64,000 nt of DNA, from contig OZ316895.1 in assembly GCA_973895155.1 (NCBI GenBank), forward strand, positions 5,087,181-5,151,180. Reading direction: 5' to 3'. Below the pieces are notes generated by a model. That model saw only the letters and a list, made by a program, of their open reading frames with translations. It was not told where the DNA came from and did not search any database. A program made the translations under genes and the position numbers. This stretch comes from Marsupella aquatica (taxonomy: Eukaryota > Plantae > Marchantiophyta). This document shows, piece after piece, positions 25,637-38,215 of this stretch; positions within the stretch are counted from its first letter, which is position 1, and each line of letters begins with the position of its first letter.

Positions 25637-26172
25637 TTTTCAAAGACTCCAGGCACAAAAATTCAATATCTGCTTGGATAGCACTCTTTACTATTTTGAC
25701 TCATATGTGACCTGTAAGTTGCGGCTCACGCAAACTACTCAGGGTGTCCTTTCCCAAAGTGGTAAGTTGGTGCTCGTTCCCAAGCACTAAGGGAGTTCTT
25801 CACAAAGTAAAAAACATCCGTCGGCGGATGGTTAATAATATTTGACCACCTTTGCACTCATCAGCAATGGACCAAATGGTTTCAGAAAAAAATTGAAACT
25901 TTGTCAGGTAACAGATTGGACATCAGAGACATGCTGGAAACTTTTGAGCTACAACAAAGATCCAAAAGATGAAGATGTTTAAATAAATGCATGTTTGCTA
26001 AAAACTAGCATTTCACATTTGGTGAAGAGACCTGGAAAAGCTACTCCCCCGGCATCCTTCTCAAAAGTGAAGCGTCGTTTTTAAGATAGCCCGACAACGT
26101 GTATTGTGTATTTTGCGTGTAAAGTGAAACTCTGTGTGTCACAATCCACGGAGATGAGCAAAACAAACCCCT

Positions 26173-26303
26173 AGGTCCATCCTGGATTAACTTTCTAAAT
26201 TTGGTGCACTTTCCTTGAAACTTCCAGATTTCAACAATAAGGTCCATCCTGGATTAACTTTCTAAATTTGGTGCACTTCCTTGAAACTTCCAGATTTCAA
26301 CAA
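26173..26303. repeat. 67-bp near-perfect tandem duplication upstream of GNA1
   Basis: aggtccatcctggattaactttctaaatttggtgcac...ccagatttcaacaa starts at 26173 and 26240. Confidence 0.95.
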
Positions 26304-26510
26304 AATGACCTGAACTCGTGATAAAAAATTCCTAAAAATGTGGCCGGATTTTCTAATCACTTGTTGGTAATTCTAGAGCTCTTTGCATTGCGGCTACTTG
26401 TTGTGGCGCTGAATTTGGGAAGTCATTTTTCTGTCAAAATTGCTACGGGAATCATATTGGATTGTAGTCCATAGAAGGAAGAGCTAATTGACGCGCAACC
26501 TGAGCAACCG

Positions 26511-29001
26511 ATGGAGCTACAGCACCCTTTCGTCCTTCGAGCCCTGCAGCGGTCCGATTTTCACAAAGGCAAGACCCCTCGGCATTTTCTGACCACCTTC
26601 ACTATATGAGGCTGGATGTAACCCTAATTTCAAATTGCTCAGGCGGGCGGGGCATGGAATCGGGAGACAGAATTGGGTTCAGCAGTCCATTGTGGTATTT
26701 TAGGATGATTTTATACAATTCTTGTGGGTTTAGCTTGTGAGATGAGAGGAAAGGTTGAGTAGAGTGCATCTGACTGAGCGATGGGGTTCTCGTGGGTAGT
26801 GTCCTCTAGGTCATTTTGGCATGGTGAATGTAGGGAATGAGCAATGGACCAATCGATTGAATTTTGTGGTGACATAGGTTACTTGCAGTTGCTGGAGCAG
26901 CTGACAAAGGTTGGCAACGTGTCTGAAGAAGAATTCACAAGTGCGGCACATTCCTAACACCAACTTGCGCTGGAATGGAAAAGTTGACCAGCAATCAATT
27001 GCATGACCTTTGTGTGCATTCTGTGTACAATTTCGATCCTTTTTACGGTTATTTGAGCATAATAATTATTGAGAGAAGAATTTGGCAGGTAGATTGGAGC
27101 AGCTGCAGAACTCAGGAGATTATTACAAAATTGCAGTCATTGAAGGTAGAAGATGTGTTCTAAACAATACTCGCTTGGTGTTCTCAACTATGCCACAAGG
27201 GTTTATAGAATTGAGGGTTTATTATCTGAATATGATTCGCAGTCTTGGTTTAGTTTTTTCTCTTCCTCGAAGGTGATCATTACAGGCTTGGCTCAGCTCG
27301 TTACTTATGTTAGCGGACAGAGCTCATTTTCACTGACTTACATCCAAAAACAGTGTTGAGTCCATTCTTCCTGGTGTTTTCCTCGTGAGGTTTTCCTTGA
27401 CATGTGTCGTTGCTGAGGTCATGCCTTGTTTGTTGGCAGATCTTGATAGACAGCTTATAGTGGCTACAGGAACTGTCCTCGTCGAACTCAAATTTGTGCG
27501 AAATTGTGGCAAAGTGAGTTTTTGTTTGTTGTAATTAGACAGGTGCTCATCTGCAGAAGAAGTGTTTATATGGGTGCAAAAGCTTGCTTTTCTGTGACGT
27601 GGCCAGCCAGCTCTTTCCATCTCGCGTCCTTTATGAGCCGTTCTGATCTAGTAATGTGCGCAGGCCGGTCATATTGAAGATGTTGTTGTGGACCAAAGCA
27701 CTCGAGGTCAACATCTCGGCCAGAGGTTTGTTTCTTAATGACCAACAATAGCTGTCGCCTATGCAGCTTGATCTAGCATAACCTTCTACTTACGCATCTC
27801 AGATTCCTACTTGATAGATGCCAGGCCTAATTTAGCTGAACTAGTGTAAAGTTCCCATCAGGATTCATAATAGGGGGATAGGACAGAAAGCACAAAGCCT
27901 ACAGTGAAAACCGACAAGAGGACAATTTTTAGTCTTTCCTTCATTACAAGAGGGCAAGTGTTGCAAAATTGCGGTAAAATACCCCTGTGCCCTAGGAATT
28001 GGACGAAGGACCTGGAAAGCTGCCTGCAGAGGCAGTGGTAGAACTTTTTGGTTCTATAGTGGTTGGAGCTGGTGAAGATGAAGCTGGTGCGCCTGTCAGT
28101 GGGCACTGTAGGTATATCCAGTCGTTGGGTTTTAAGAAAATCATGGGTATCGCTCCATGATATTCTGTAAAAATTTCCAGCCTCTTCAGATTTATCCGAA
28201 AACACATAAGAAATCCAGAGGAAAAAATGCTTCGCGTTAAGTTCGAATTTGGACTCGCGGGCAGGGAGAATGGAAGTTGGGGAGACATCTAAGAAATGCT
28301 TCTCAGGCAGGTCATCAGATTAAAGTAGAGAACTCCCTTGTCAGTTCCTTTTGTATCTGAAACACTTACATCTCACGGTGAGAGAAATCTAGAAACTGGC
28401 CACAAAATCTCAGTTGGTTAGCAACCTTATCTCTCAGGGACCAAGCCTACTGACAGATGTTCATGTAGATATAGATAAGGTGGAATCTAATCCCCTCTAC
28501 AGTTGGTGGCAATTGATTTGCTCACACAGCATATTGTGACGAAAGTCTTTTGATTGGCAGGGTCGTTGAATCTCTTACGAAGGTTGCCAAGGAACTAGGC
28601 TGCTACAAGGTTGGTATCATTACCAGCCTGGATAGTCAAACAGTCTGGATGCAATGTCTGTTTTTGTGTCTGTGGATATTGGCATCTTTCATAGAATATT
28701 GGCTTTGACATCAGAATGAACATGCGCCTAAATTTCTTCATATGTTTTGGGTCTAAAGGTCCCATTGCTTGCGGTTGGTGTGGCTGGTGTGGGGCTGAAA
28801 TGATCCTGAAAGTGCCCCATACTCTCACCACGTATTCAATGCTGCCAGATGGTGCTCTATTCTTACTTCTATCAGTGGCACATAGCAGTTTTTGCTCACT
28901 TTGTTGTGCAGGTGATTCTTGACTGCTCGAAAGAAAACGTACCATTTTATGAAAAATGCGGTTTCTATGAGAAGGAGCGTCAAATGGCCCACTACTTCTG
29001 A
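26511..29001 (+). CDS. GNA1: Glucosamine-6-phosphate N-acetyltransferase (GNAT family, 150 aa, 7 exons)
   Basis: Exons 26511-26568, 26878-26940, 27089-27145, 27440-27513, 27664-27725, 28561-28609, 28912-29001 (453 nt, in frame). Motifs SDFHKGYLQLLEQLT, ELKFVRNCGKAGHIEDVVVD, RGQHLGQR, LGCYKVILDCS, FYEKCGF. Intron 1 has a GC donor. An extra upstream exon cannot be excluded. Confidence 0.93.
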
Positions 29002-30161
29002 AGGTGCTGACTGGTCAATCAGGCTCAATCGTTTCTTCGTTTGACTATGGGAAAAGGTCACTAGCTTGCCACAGCGTCCCCGACTATCCTATCTTATGAA
29101 GGGTGTGAAAGAGACTTGCATCGTTGTAAATCATGTGAACAGCAGGAATGCCAATTTTGTCTTACTTTTCAGAAAACTTGCATATGCAATAGAGGGTAAT
29201 TTTGAAAGAGGCAAATGACACATAGATTATCATGCGAGAAGGAGGGCTGGAGTCCTTTTCTGACACAGATCTCTCTCGTGCCACAGTACCGTGCTTTAGT
29301 CCGAACTCGTTAATAATTGCGACAAGCATAAATTATTTGATTCCTACATTAGCGGTTGGAGCCATTATATTCAAGCATGCTTGAAAAATTGGAGTATCAC
29401 CACGCTAGGGTATATGCTTTTATGGGATGACGAGCACGGACAAGACCGTGATGTCTTTACTCCGAAGGAGAGTTGTTACTTGCCTGACATGGTACTAAGA
29501 ATTACACCTTCCGGCAGGTTTGGAAAGGTTTTAGATGTTGGAAACAAATGGTAACATTTTTTAGAGATGGCCTGCAGTCAAAATAAATTTGGGTAGATTG
29601 CAATGCAGTTGTATTGTTTTAAAGGCGAGTACGTGTTTAGTCCATAATAAAAGGCACTCTGACTAGGACACTGTATCTTTGGGGTTTTCCTGACTACTTC
29701 TCCCTAACATGCCACGTAGTAGTTCTCAAATGATGGCTGAATTGAGCCGTTTATGAAATTCTAGCTTTCTCCGGAGTTGCTTAGTCCAGACTAGATAAAT
29801 ATAAATGATATTGCCAATTAGTGCTTTGAGCCAATTGAAACGGGAAATGAAGCTTCTCAATCACGAGTCAGGCCTCAGCGGCTGATCGAGCAGTTCTCCA
29901 TCAGTGATTCGACTTGAGCTGTTTCGATGTTTCTTCCGGATGGCAGCTATCTCACCTTATTTCGAATTGTGGCTTGTTTCCCGTTTCTCTTGTGGCCCGT
30001 CCAGATAGTAGGGCGTGCATTGGCCCACATCCATGTCCCTGTTGCTGAATACTGTCATTTTCGAAGGCTGGGATACCTTTCGCAAAAGCAACCTTTCATT
30101 GTAACAACAGAATCGGTTGTCCTGTGTTGTTGGCGCATGGAGTTGTGAGGGCGTCAACTGG

Positions 30162-30350
30162 AACCCTGAGCTAGTAATCGATTATCCAAAACAAGATAGG
30201 GTGGGGGGAGATTTTGGCAGCATCTAACAGACCTGCAACTTCCCCGCACTTTGAGGATGGCAACGGGAAACCCTGAGCTAAATCGGTTATCCCCGACAAG
30301 ATAGAATGGAATGAGATTTGACAGCATCTGAAAGACCTGCAGCTCCCGCG
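30162..30350. repeat. ~107-bp diverged tandem duplication
   Basis: aaccctgagcta...ttatcc...acaagatag...cagcatct...agacctgca starts at 30162 and 30269. Confidence 0.8.
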
Positions 30351-31799
30351 TAGAATTTCCAACCTGGTTCAAATTATAAGTTATTAGACCTAATGTCTAA
30401 TGACATGTTGGGCAGGAATTCTTCTGGTGATTCTGTCGCGGCTTCAGCTGGTTTATCAAAATCTGTTGCTTTTACAGTAAAGAGTTGAACGAGATTAAAG
30501 AGCTATTTGGCAACGTTAACACTGGTTCTTTTATTCCAGGGGTTGCTATAAGGCCAAAATACCTCACGTTTCTGATCATGCACGACGTTCATAGGTGCAA
30601 ATTGCATTTTACTGGCTGTATAATATAACATATTATTCAGAATCGGATCGACGTAAACTTCCTATTTACGATACCTGCTTTAGAGTACACCATATGCAGA
30701 GAAGACTGAACGTGCATTACTTACCTAAAACTACAGTCGTCTATACCCATTGTTATTCAGCAGGATAGGAAGGAAGCTAAAAGGACTGTACGTACGTGAT
30801 TAAACATAGATACATCATTTACAAATATGCAGACCAAAGGGACTTCTCCGTAAGGTGCTAAAAGCCATTGCTCCAATAGGAAGGCCATTCAGAAGGGCAT
30901 GCTGTAAGGGCATGCTGTGATGTCCACATCAGAAATTCCCCAGAGCCAATTCATTGCAATGCTTCAAGGCACCATCATGCCCAGTCGCTAAAACTACACG
31001 GTCATCAACATAAAAGAAAGTTCATAAGATTCCGATTCCAAGTGCAACAAGAAAAGTTCAAATGGAACTCTCTTTCCAATGATAATGAACACATTGAAAT
31101 AAATGGGACGACAATGGTTCGCCCAACAATAACTTCAACCATCTACTATCATAACTAGTATGGATTTAGAAAGACAAGACCTGGGTGTAAATTCTGACCT
31201 CATATCTAAAGCCGTCACTCCTTTGGAACTTGTCTTTTATGCGATCGGTCACTTCAATAAACCTATACAATGTGGCATGTCCGTTCATGGTCAACCTATC
31301 ATCCTGGCTGGTTTGCCAAACACGTCTTCACGTGGACCTGACGTTCAATGCCTTCCACTAGATGATTGTGGCTCCGGTTGAAATCGATTCTATCACACCA
31401 ATGTGATAATCCTCAACAATCGTTTCCAATTGGGAATCATTAACACCTGATTTATATGGACTTCCTATAGAATATGTAGATGCCCATTTTAGCCCTTGCA
31501 CTCCATAGTACCATATGTCTGCTGCTTGAGATGTACCAAAAGGCAGCTATCACGCTAGTGCATTTCTGGCATCTTATCCTCCGTGACAGTTCGGCCTCAG
31601 GAATTGCAAAGCGAAAGGTTTGACCATGTGAAGAAATCTTGCTGTCCTCTTACATCTCAACAGATTTGGCATATGGCGTGAAGCACAAGCGTCAAATCAA
31701 GGGTCGAGCTGATGTTCAACGTCATATACGAATTTATCTTCTCCCATTCGAAAGGGGGAAGACCATTGTCTAAATATTTGTACAAGTAGAGACCAGGAT

Positions 31800-34700
31800 T
31801 TAATACTGCTGCCCAGGGATATTGACACCACCATAGTGTCGACAATAAAACACCTTGGGAAAGCCACACTTCGTTGGTACCCGACAACAAGCAAACTGCT
31901 GGGCCTTCGACTCGTCATGAACAGGAGTAGTAGATGTCGAAAGTCCATCAGGTCCCAACCCAGTAGCTGAAAGGTTAGGTTCTTCAATCATAGAATCCCC
32001 GTCACCGCTGGCAGTCCAATCTGTGCTTTCTGTTCTTACTGATGTTCTTGCTGAAACATATTGCTCAGGGGTATCATAGTCAGGAGACCCCTCGACACTT
32101 GAACTACAGTTTAATGATAGATTTAGCGCTGCGAAACTTGGGCAGGTGACGCGTGTAGCGTTTGACGCAACGGGAGATACACGGGAACCCCGAAACTCAA
32201 CTTTGCTCAGAAGTGAGCCCATGACGGTTGGCTCACACACTTCAGCTGTGCATGTAGTACAAAGCGCAAGGGTCATATTTGCATTTGCCCTAGTCATCTC
32301 CTTCAATGAAATAGTAGTGGGAAGTTTCTCAAAAGCAACTATGCCGCGCCGACACAACGGACATGGGACGGAACCTGGAGGATTTGTCACTGTTGAAGAA
32401 ACATTCATCGTGGTACTGAGATACAATGCACATTTAGTGCAAAGCTCATGGCCACATCCTGCAAAGCAGATAATCCGTGTTTTAACAAACCCAAACCAAA
32501 ACTTGTCGATACTACGTGTACATACAATGGTGGCACCACACAAACCAACTTAACAAACAACAAATTTGACAGATTGTTTTGCTGTACAGCCTTTTATGGG
32601 CCACGCACCAACCACGGGATAAGTTTATGAAGGTTAGATTTGAACTTGCAATATTCTGTATTAAAACCAAATTTCAAAGTCAATTGTAGGAAGACTGACA
32701 AACCTTGTGCAGCTACTGTGCACTTGAGTTCAAGACAGACTGCACAGGGGTCGGTTCCACTGGGGGCTGCATCTGTATCTCTCCATCCACAGTCTCTGTG
32801 TAGACAATGAACATAAAAATTATTCAGTTCAAACCTGAGACAACTTCGGATATCAGCAGTCATCCAACGACAGCAGCGAGCTTTTGCGTCCTCTAGCTAA
32901 AATAAGTACCTCCAAACAACTTGCTAGTCCGTCCTTTAAAGGGTTAGAGGGTTGGATGATTACAACTGTTAAACCCTCGTCCTGACTGCAAAGTTATAAG
33001 TAGGTCGTAATTTTCAAGCAGCTAATACTTGTCAGCGAAATCACAACTTTCAATTTGAATATAGTAGCTACCAAAAAGGACTCTGTGGACTATGACACTG
33101 CAAATGAAATATGCCGCATTGCAAGTAATTCTGCAATTCTTATCCTGTGCCCGAACAGAACTCTGCTTCTAAATGAAATTATCCTTCATCCACAGAGAAC
33201 ATTCATCTTTAATCTAGTTAACAAAATGGAAAGAGACACATGTTAGGATGTACCTGGCTATTCTCATTATACTCATGAGGGGAAGAGCCAGATATCGTGA
33301 AGTAGGGAAGGACGGTATAACTAGTTGGGAATCTGGGCCCAAAAGAGGTTCCAGCCAGTGCCTGCGCCACAGTCGAGCGACCTGTAGAGGAATCCACCTG
33401 TGGCAAGCCAGGATTTCCCTCAGCGTAAGATAAAAGAGAACATGAATGGTGCACTGAGAAGTCCCACTAAAGTACTGATCTAAAGATAGTTCCAATAAGT
33501 CGCATCACAACAACATAAGCTTCGCCTTAGCAATTTATCTAGGGGAACGCGAGCTCTCTTGTGGGAGCATGTCAGTGGCGTTACTTTGCGAAGACACTTT
33601 TATAAGTAGAAACACGTCCTCCGCAACTATCAGTTTTTTTGTCAGTTCCGGAGAGATCCTGACATTACTCACCCGTTGCAATTGGCCATATTTCGATTCG
33701 CTCCCCGAGATATTAATGCCTGCAAACGACATCAAAACACATTTCTAATGAGCTCCCTCTTTCTCACAACATCATATAGCTCTGCGACTGTCCGTCAGAG
33801 GCTGTCGTTCATGCCATCCGCAACATACTGAAATTATACCCTCGAAGATAGTGAAGCGTTAAAAAGTAGTGTTACGATTGCTTTTCACCTGCTAAATTGT
33901 CATTATCCGTATTTCAACGCTCTCACAAGGATGAGCTTACAACTTTTTTCGGTTCACGTGAGGATGAGGTTCCGAAAAACTTTTTCTGTTCCATCTCTCC
34001 AGTATACACTCTACGTTTACATTATATCTAAAAGGAGATCAGATCTTCTCTCCATCATCAACGAGATGGGGCTCCATCTAAATACTCAATCTCTGCACTG
34101 GACAAAGTAGTTTACCTGACAGCATGGAATGCTACCCCCGCAAGCTGCATAATGTAAAGCCGTGCTGCCTGCACCTGTGCCTAAGCAACAATAACGACGT
34201 CACTTGGACGAACCAATTATAGAGCGGACAGCCTGCTTGTTCCACTTTAACGATTGGTATCGCTGCTGTTAAATCCTGGGTTATTTCAATAGATATGAAC
34301 AATATGAAAATCTACGCTTTTAGAGCTGGCAACGATTTTATCTCAAAAACGTTGTCAGCATCAATGTGAAGCCATAGAACAAAGAAATGGATGCTGTGAA
34401 AGGCTAAAAAAGAAAAATTACCTATCATATCAATAGTGGTGCCGTCTTGAATGGTCGTGGCGGACACATTGGCCATCAAATCTAACAGTAGCTGTACACA
34501 CTCGGTGTGGCCATTAAGCGCAGCCATATGCAGAGCACTGATGCCACCATCCGCTGGCTTATTCACCAGCCTTGACAAAGCGCTGTAGAAAACACAACAA
34601 AATTTGAGAACAACTTCGGAAGTCTAACGTTTCCTATGAAGTTACTTTACCATCAACGACGTGGGCTACGTCAGAGAGGAATTCGTAATGCCTGACAAAA

Positions 34701-36062
34701 GATCATTGGAACAAATTCTCACGGGATTGGCTCATTTGAGCGAACGTCTTTGACAATTGGCAAAGCACAAGTGAAGACAACACTATCGGTAAATTTCAGA
34801 GTAGAATTCACTTCAGCTGGGTCTTGCACAACCAGGAATTTGCCAATACAGCAGAGATGACAACGAACGGAAAACCCAACGACAGAGCTACGGGACGAAG
34901 AGGTAAAGTACGTTCGATCCATGTACGTCTTCATTGTCGGAGCATCTTCGAGGTTCCCGGGTCGTGAAGTGTTCCAGAGATATTGCACGCTCGGCACATA
35001 GTCCGCAACAACTAGCCGTATACATCTGGCGTGACCGTTACGAGCAGAGAAGTGAAGTGCCGTTCTGCCGTTAAGGTAGTCGGCTCTAGTGACCTGCCAT
35101 GAAGGTTAAAGACACTGTTCAGACTGAGGTGGAAATCAGACATGTTCGAACACCCAGGTTGAGGTGGAGAATTTACTCCCATTGCGTGAGAAAAGGTGTG
35201 GACGCGTCTGGACCAGTAGAAGCACTAATCGATCACAGTGTAAGCAAATTGAGATCAATCCGAAAGCGCGTGAACTCAAAAGCCGTTGCCAAAGCCCTCA
35301 CGTTTGCCTTGTAGAGAAGAAGAGTCTGCGCCACCTCCCAGTGTCCGTATCGGCAAGCTTGCATGAGTGCGGTCTGCGCACTCCAACCCAGGCCACGAAG
35401 CAAGGGTAAGAAATCCGGATGGGAGGTTCTCTGAGAATGCTACTGATGCGGCTGGGAATGAGAATGGGGGACCAAAAGCCACCACAATCAAATGCAATGA
35501 AAGAAAGATTTGTTACCTGGCCACAGTAGTTTCTCGTGTTCACCTCCACTCCGCACTCCAGTAATAACGTTACAATCTGTCATGACACCAGTTCCAGAAG
35601 GAAAAAATGAAAAGATTTGGAATTGGACACCAAGTGATGCCATGACATGAAACGACTATCCCACCGACGTGATGACGTGAACCACTTCGCCTATGCCTTG
35701 CTAAGGGATAAACGGAGATGTTTCCACGAGGCGAAAGACGGGCTAGAAGATCCCGCACGGGTGAGTCCTTCCAATTGGCCTAGTTCAGGATCTTCCCTTA
35801 CGAAATCGACCGGACTGTCACTTAAAAGAGGAACACGGGAACACGAAAGACATGCGAAGTGCTAAGGAAGGGCGCTCCAACCGACCTCGTTGTGGCCTTG
35901 CATTGCAGAGAAGTGGAGTGGCGAGTTCCGAACACCAAAAGTGGAGTACTTGGCGAGGCGGGGATTGCATTCCAAGAGAGCCTGAGCCTCCTCGAAGTCC
36001 CCATCGCGGGCAGCAGATACCAAGCGCTCCCCTGTAGCAGAACACCCAAAGGAATTGCCCAT
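31800..36062 (-). CDS. XBAT33: Ankyrin-repeat C3HC4 RING E3 ubiquitin ligase, XBAT32/XBAT33 clade (550 aa, 10 exons)
   Basis: Exons 36062-35886, 35576-35517, 35373-35302, 35093-34912, 34582-34422, 34174-34116, 33719-33673, 33397-33254, 32795-32704, 32458-31800; all GT-AG with consistent phases. N-terminus [22 protein letters not shown], ankyrin repeats, [21 protein letters not shown]. Shares features with both XBAT32 and XBAT33. Confidence 0.95.
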
Positions 36063-37784
36063 TCTAGATCGGCTTTATCTCAAACTACAACCTGCCACCT
36101 ACATCAGATTGATCACCGCGAATGCGGAAGCACCTGAATCTCGAATGCCAATTTCCAGCTTCATGTTAATTTGCCTTCCCGGGACCCAACGTTGAAACCA
36201 AGGAGTTGATCAGTCCTCTATACCGATTCCCCGCGAGCCGGATTGAATCCATCACATTCTACCTAACGCATGCTATGGATGGATTCCTTCCCCACGAACA
36301 GTATGAGCGTTGCCCGTCGTGCCGGTGGTGCACGAATCCAGTTTGATGTTCATCATAGGCCCTTATCGCTCCTAAATCACCCGGAAACTTTCTGCAATTC
36401 CATGAATTGCAGACCCATTCCGGCATTCCGTCGACGCTAGACCGCAAAATCACTTCATCCGCGCTCCCTTCCTCTCACAGCCGGCGAACGCAGTCTCCAA
36501 CGAAATGCGGATGCCGTCCTCCCTCTGTTCTACCCCTTGAGTAAAGCAATAGAGCACAGAACGGCTAGCCAACGAGTTGAGTTGCTCTGCTGCTTTCCCT
36601 TCCGTTGCCTTTTCTACTGTACCGGCCCGCCTGCCTGCCTGTCTGTCTGTTACCTCGTTTGCTGGGGATCTACGAGCCCTGGCCGATATCTACGATTACT
36701 GTGCACCGCAGGAAAGGAGGAGAAGGGGCTGCTCCTGGTGCAACGTTTGCCGTAGAATCTGCAAGTCTTCGCTGTTGTTGTCCAACGATACGCCCCGTCC
36801 GCATCGAGGAGAGGAAGGTTATACCGTGCTCAAAAAAAGTAAAAACTGTCTCTCTTCTCCGTTGGCCCTCCTTCCCCTTATCACTCTTTGCACTCCACCC
36901 GTCGTCGCACCTCACCTCACCTCACCTCACCTCACCTCGCCACGCCGGGCGACGCCTAAACATACGATGCTCCGTGCATCCAATCCAGCACAGATGGAGC
37001 TCCCACCACAACTGATTTGATCGTGGACGATTACAATTGTATCGCGCACCACCCGTTCTGTCGTCTTTGGTCTCCCCCTTCCTAGTTCGCTTGTGGATCT
37101 CCCTCCCCTTCGCTTCCCTTTCCTCCTTTTAGAGATCGATGTTCCTCGTCTTCACAGCCAAAGCAGCGAGGGAAGAGAGCATTCCTGCGCGCAGGGGCAA
37201 CAATCAGAATCTCACTGGGAAAAATTCGGCACTCTCCCGGATTCGCAGCCATCCATCCACCACGAGACCACACTAGACGACCGTAGTCCCTCGGAAGTCT
37301 TAGCAGTGCGCTGTCTGCGCCGCTCACTATTTATTAACTTCCCCCGATTCTCTCGTTCACGATGACAGGATCCCTGAATGAGAGGCGACTGCCGAGCGCT
37401 TTCAACCGAGACGAGCGGAGCCTCACACGGAAACTCGGAGTGAGAGATTCGAGAGTCCAGGCAAATACTCTGCATTCCATTCCATCCCAAAATTCCCAAT
37501 CCAATCCAATCCAATCCAATCCAATCGAATCGAGTCCAAACCAAAAACAGTTTCATTCCGCACCAAAATAAAAACGATGTACTACTGTACGGTACAACGT
37601 ATCTTTCTCATCACCACAGCGGAGCAAACTCCAGCAGCAACAACAAGAGTGTACCTCCATCTCCGTCCTCCATCGCCTTTTCTCCGCATTCCTCGGCCCA
37701 CTCTCTCCTCTCCTCTCCTCTCCTCTCCTGCCGTCCGCCATTCGCGACTTTCTCTCGCTTCTCATACATCGGCACTAACCAACG

Positions 37785-38215
37785 ACCGGACCTGGCCCGA
37801 CCCGACTCGGCTGGGCTGGATGGCCCAACCGGACCTGGCCCGACCCCCGACTCGACCGGTTTGGATTACCCAACCGTACCTGGCCCAAACCGACTCGACC
37901 GCCCAAACCGACTCGACTGCCCAAACCGACTCGACTGGACTGGACGCCCCAACCGGACCTGGCCCGAACCGACCGGACTGAGCTGGATAGCCCAACCAGA
38001 CCTACCCGACCCAGCTCGACTGGACTGGACTTATGGCACATCCGGATCTGGCCCGACCCGACTTGACTGGACTGGACAGCAGAACTGGACCTGGGCTGAA
38101 CGGACTTGACTGGACTGGTCTGCACAGTCGGCCTGGCCCAAACCGACTGGACTGGACGGCCAAGCCAGAGCTGGCCCGAACCCACTGGACTGGACTGGAC
38201 TGGACTGGACGGCAC
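37785..38215. repeat. Degenerate pentamer-based GC-rich array (CCGGA/CCTGG/CCCGA/CTCGA/CTGGA) with a ~40-45-bp higher-order unit
   Basis: cctggccc(g/a)a...ccgact(c/g)gactgga repeats about ten times, upstream of the XBAT gene. Confidence 0.9.
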
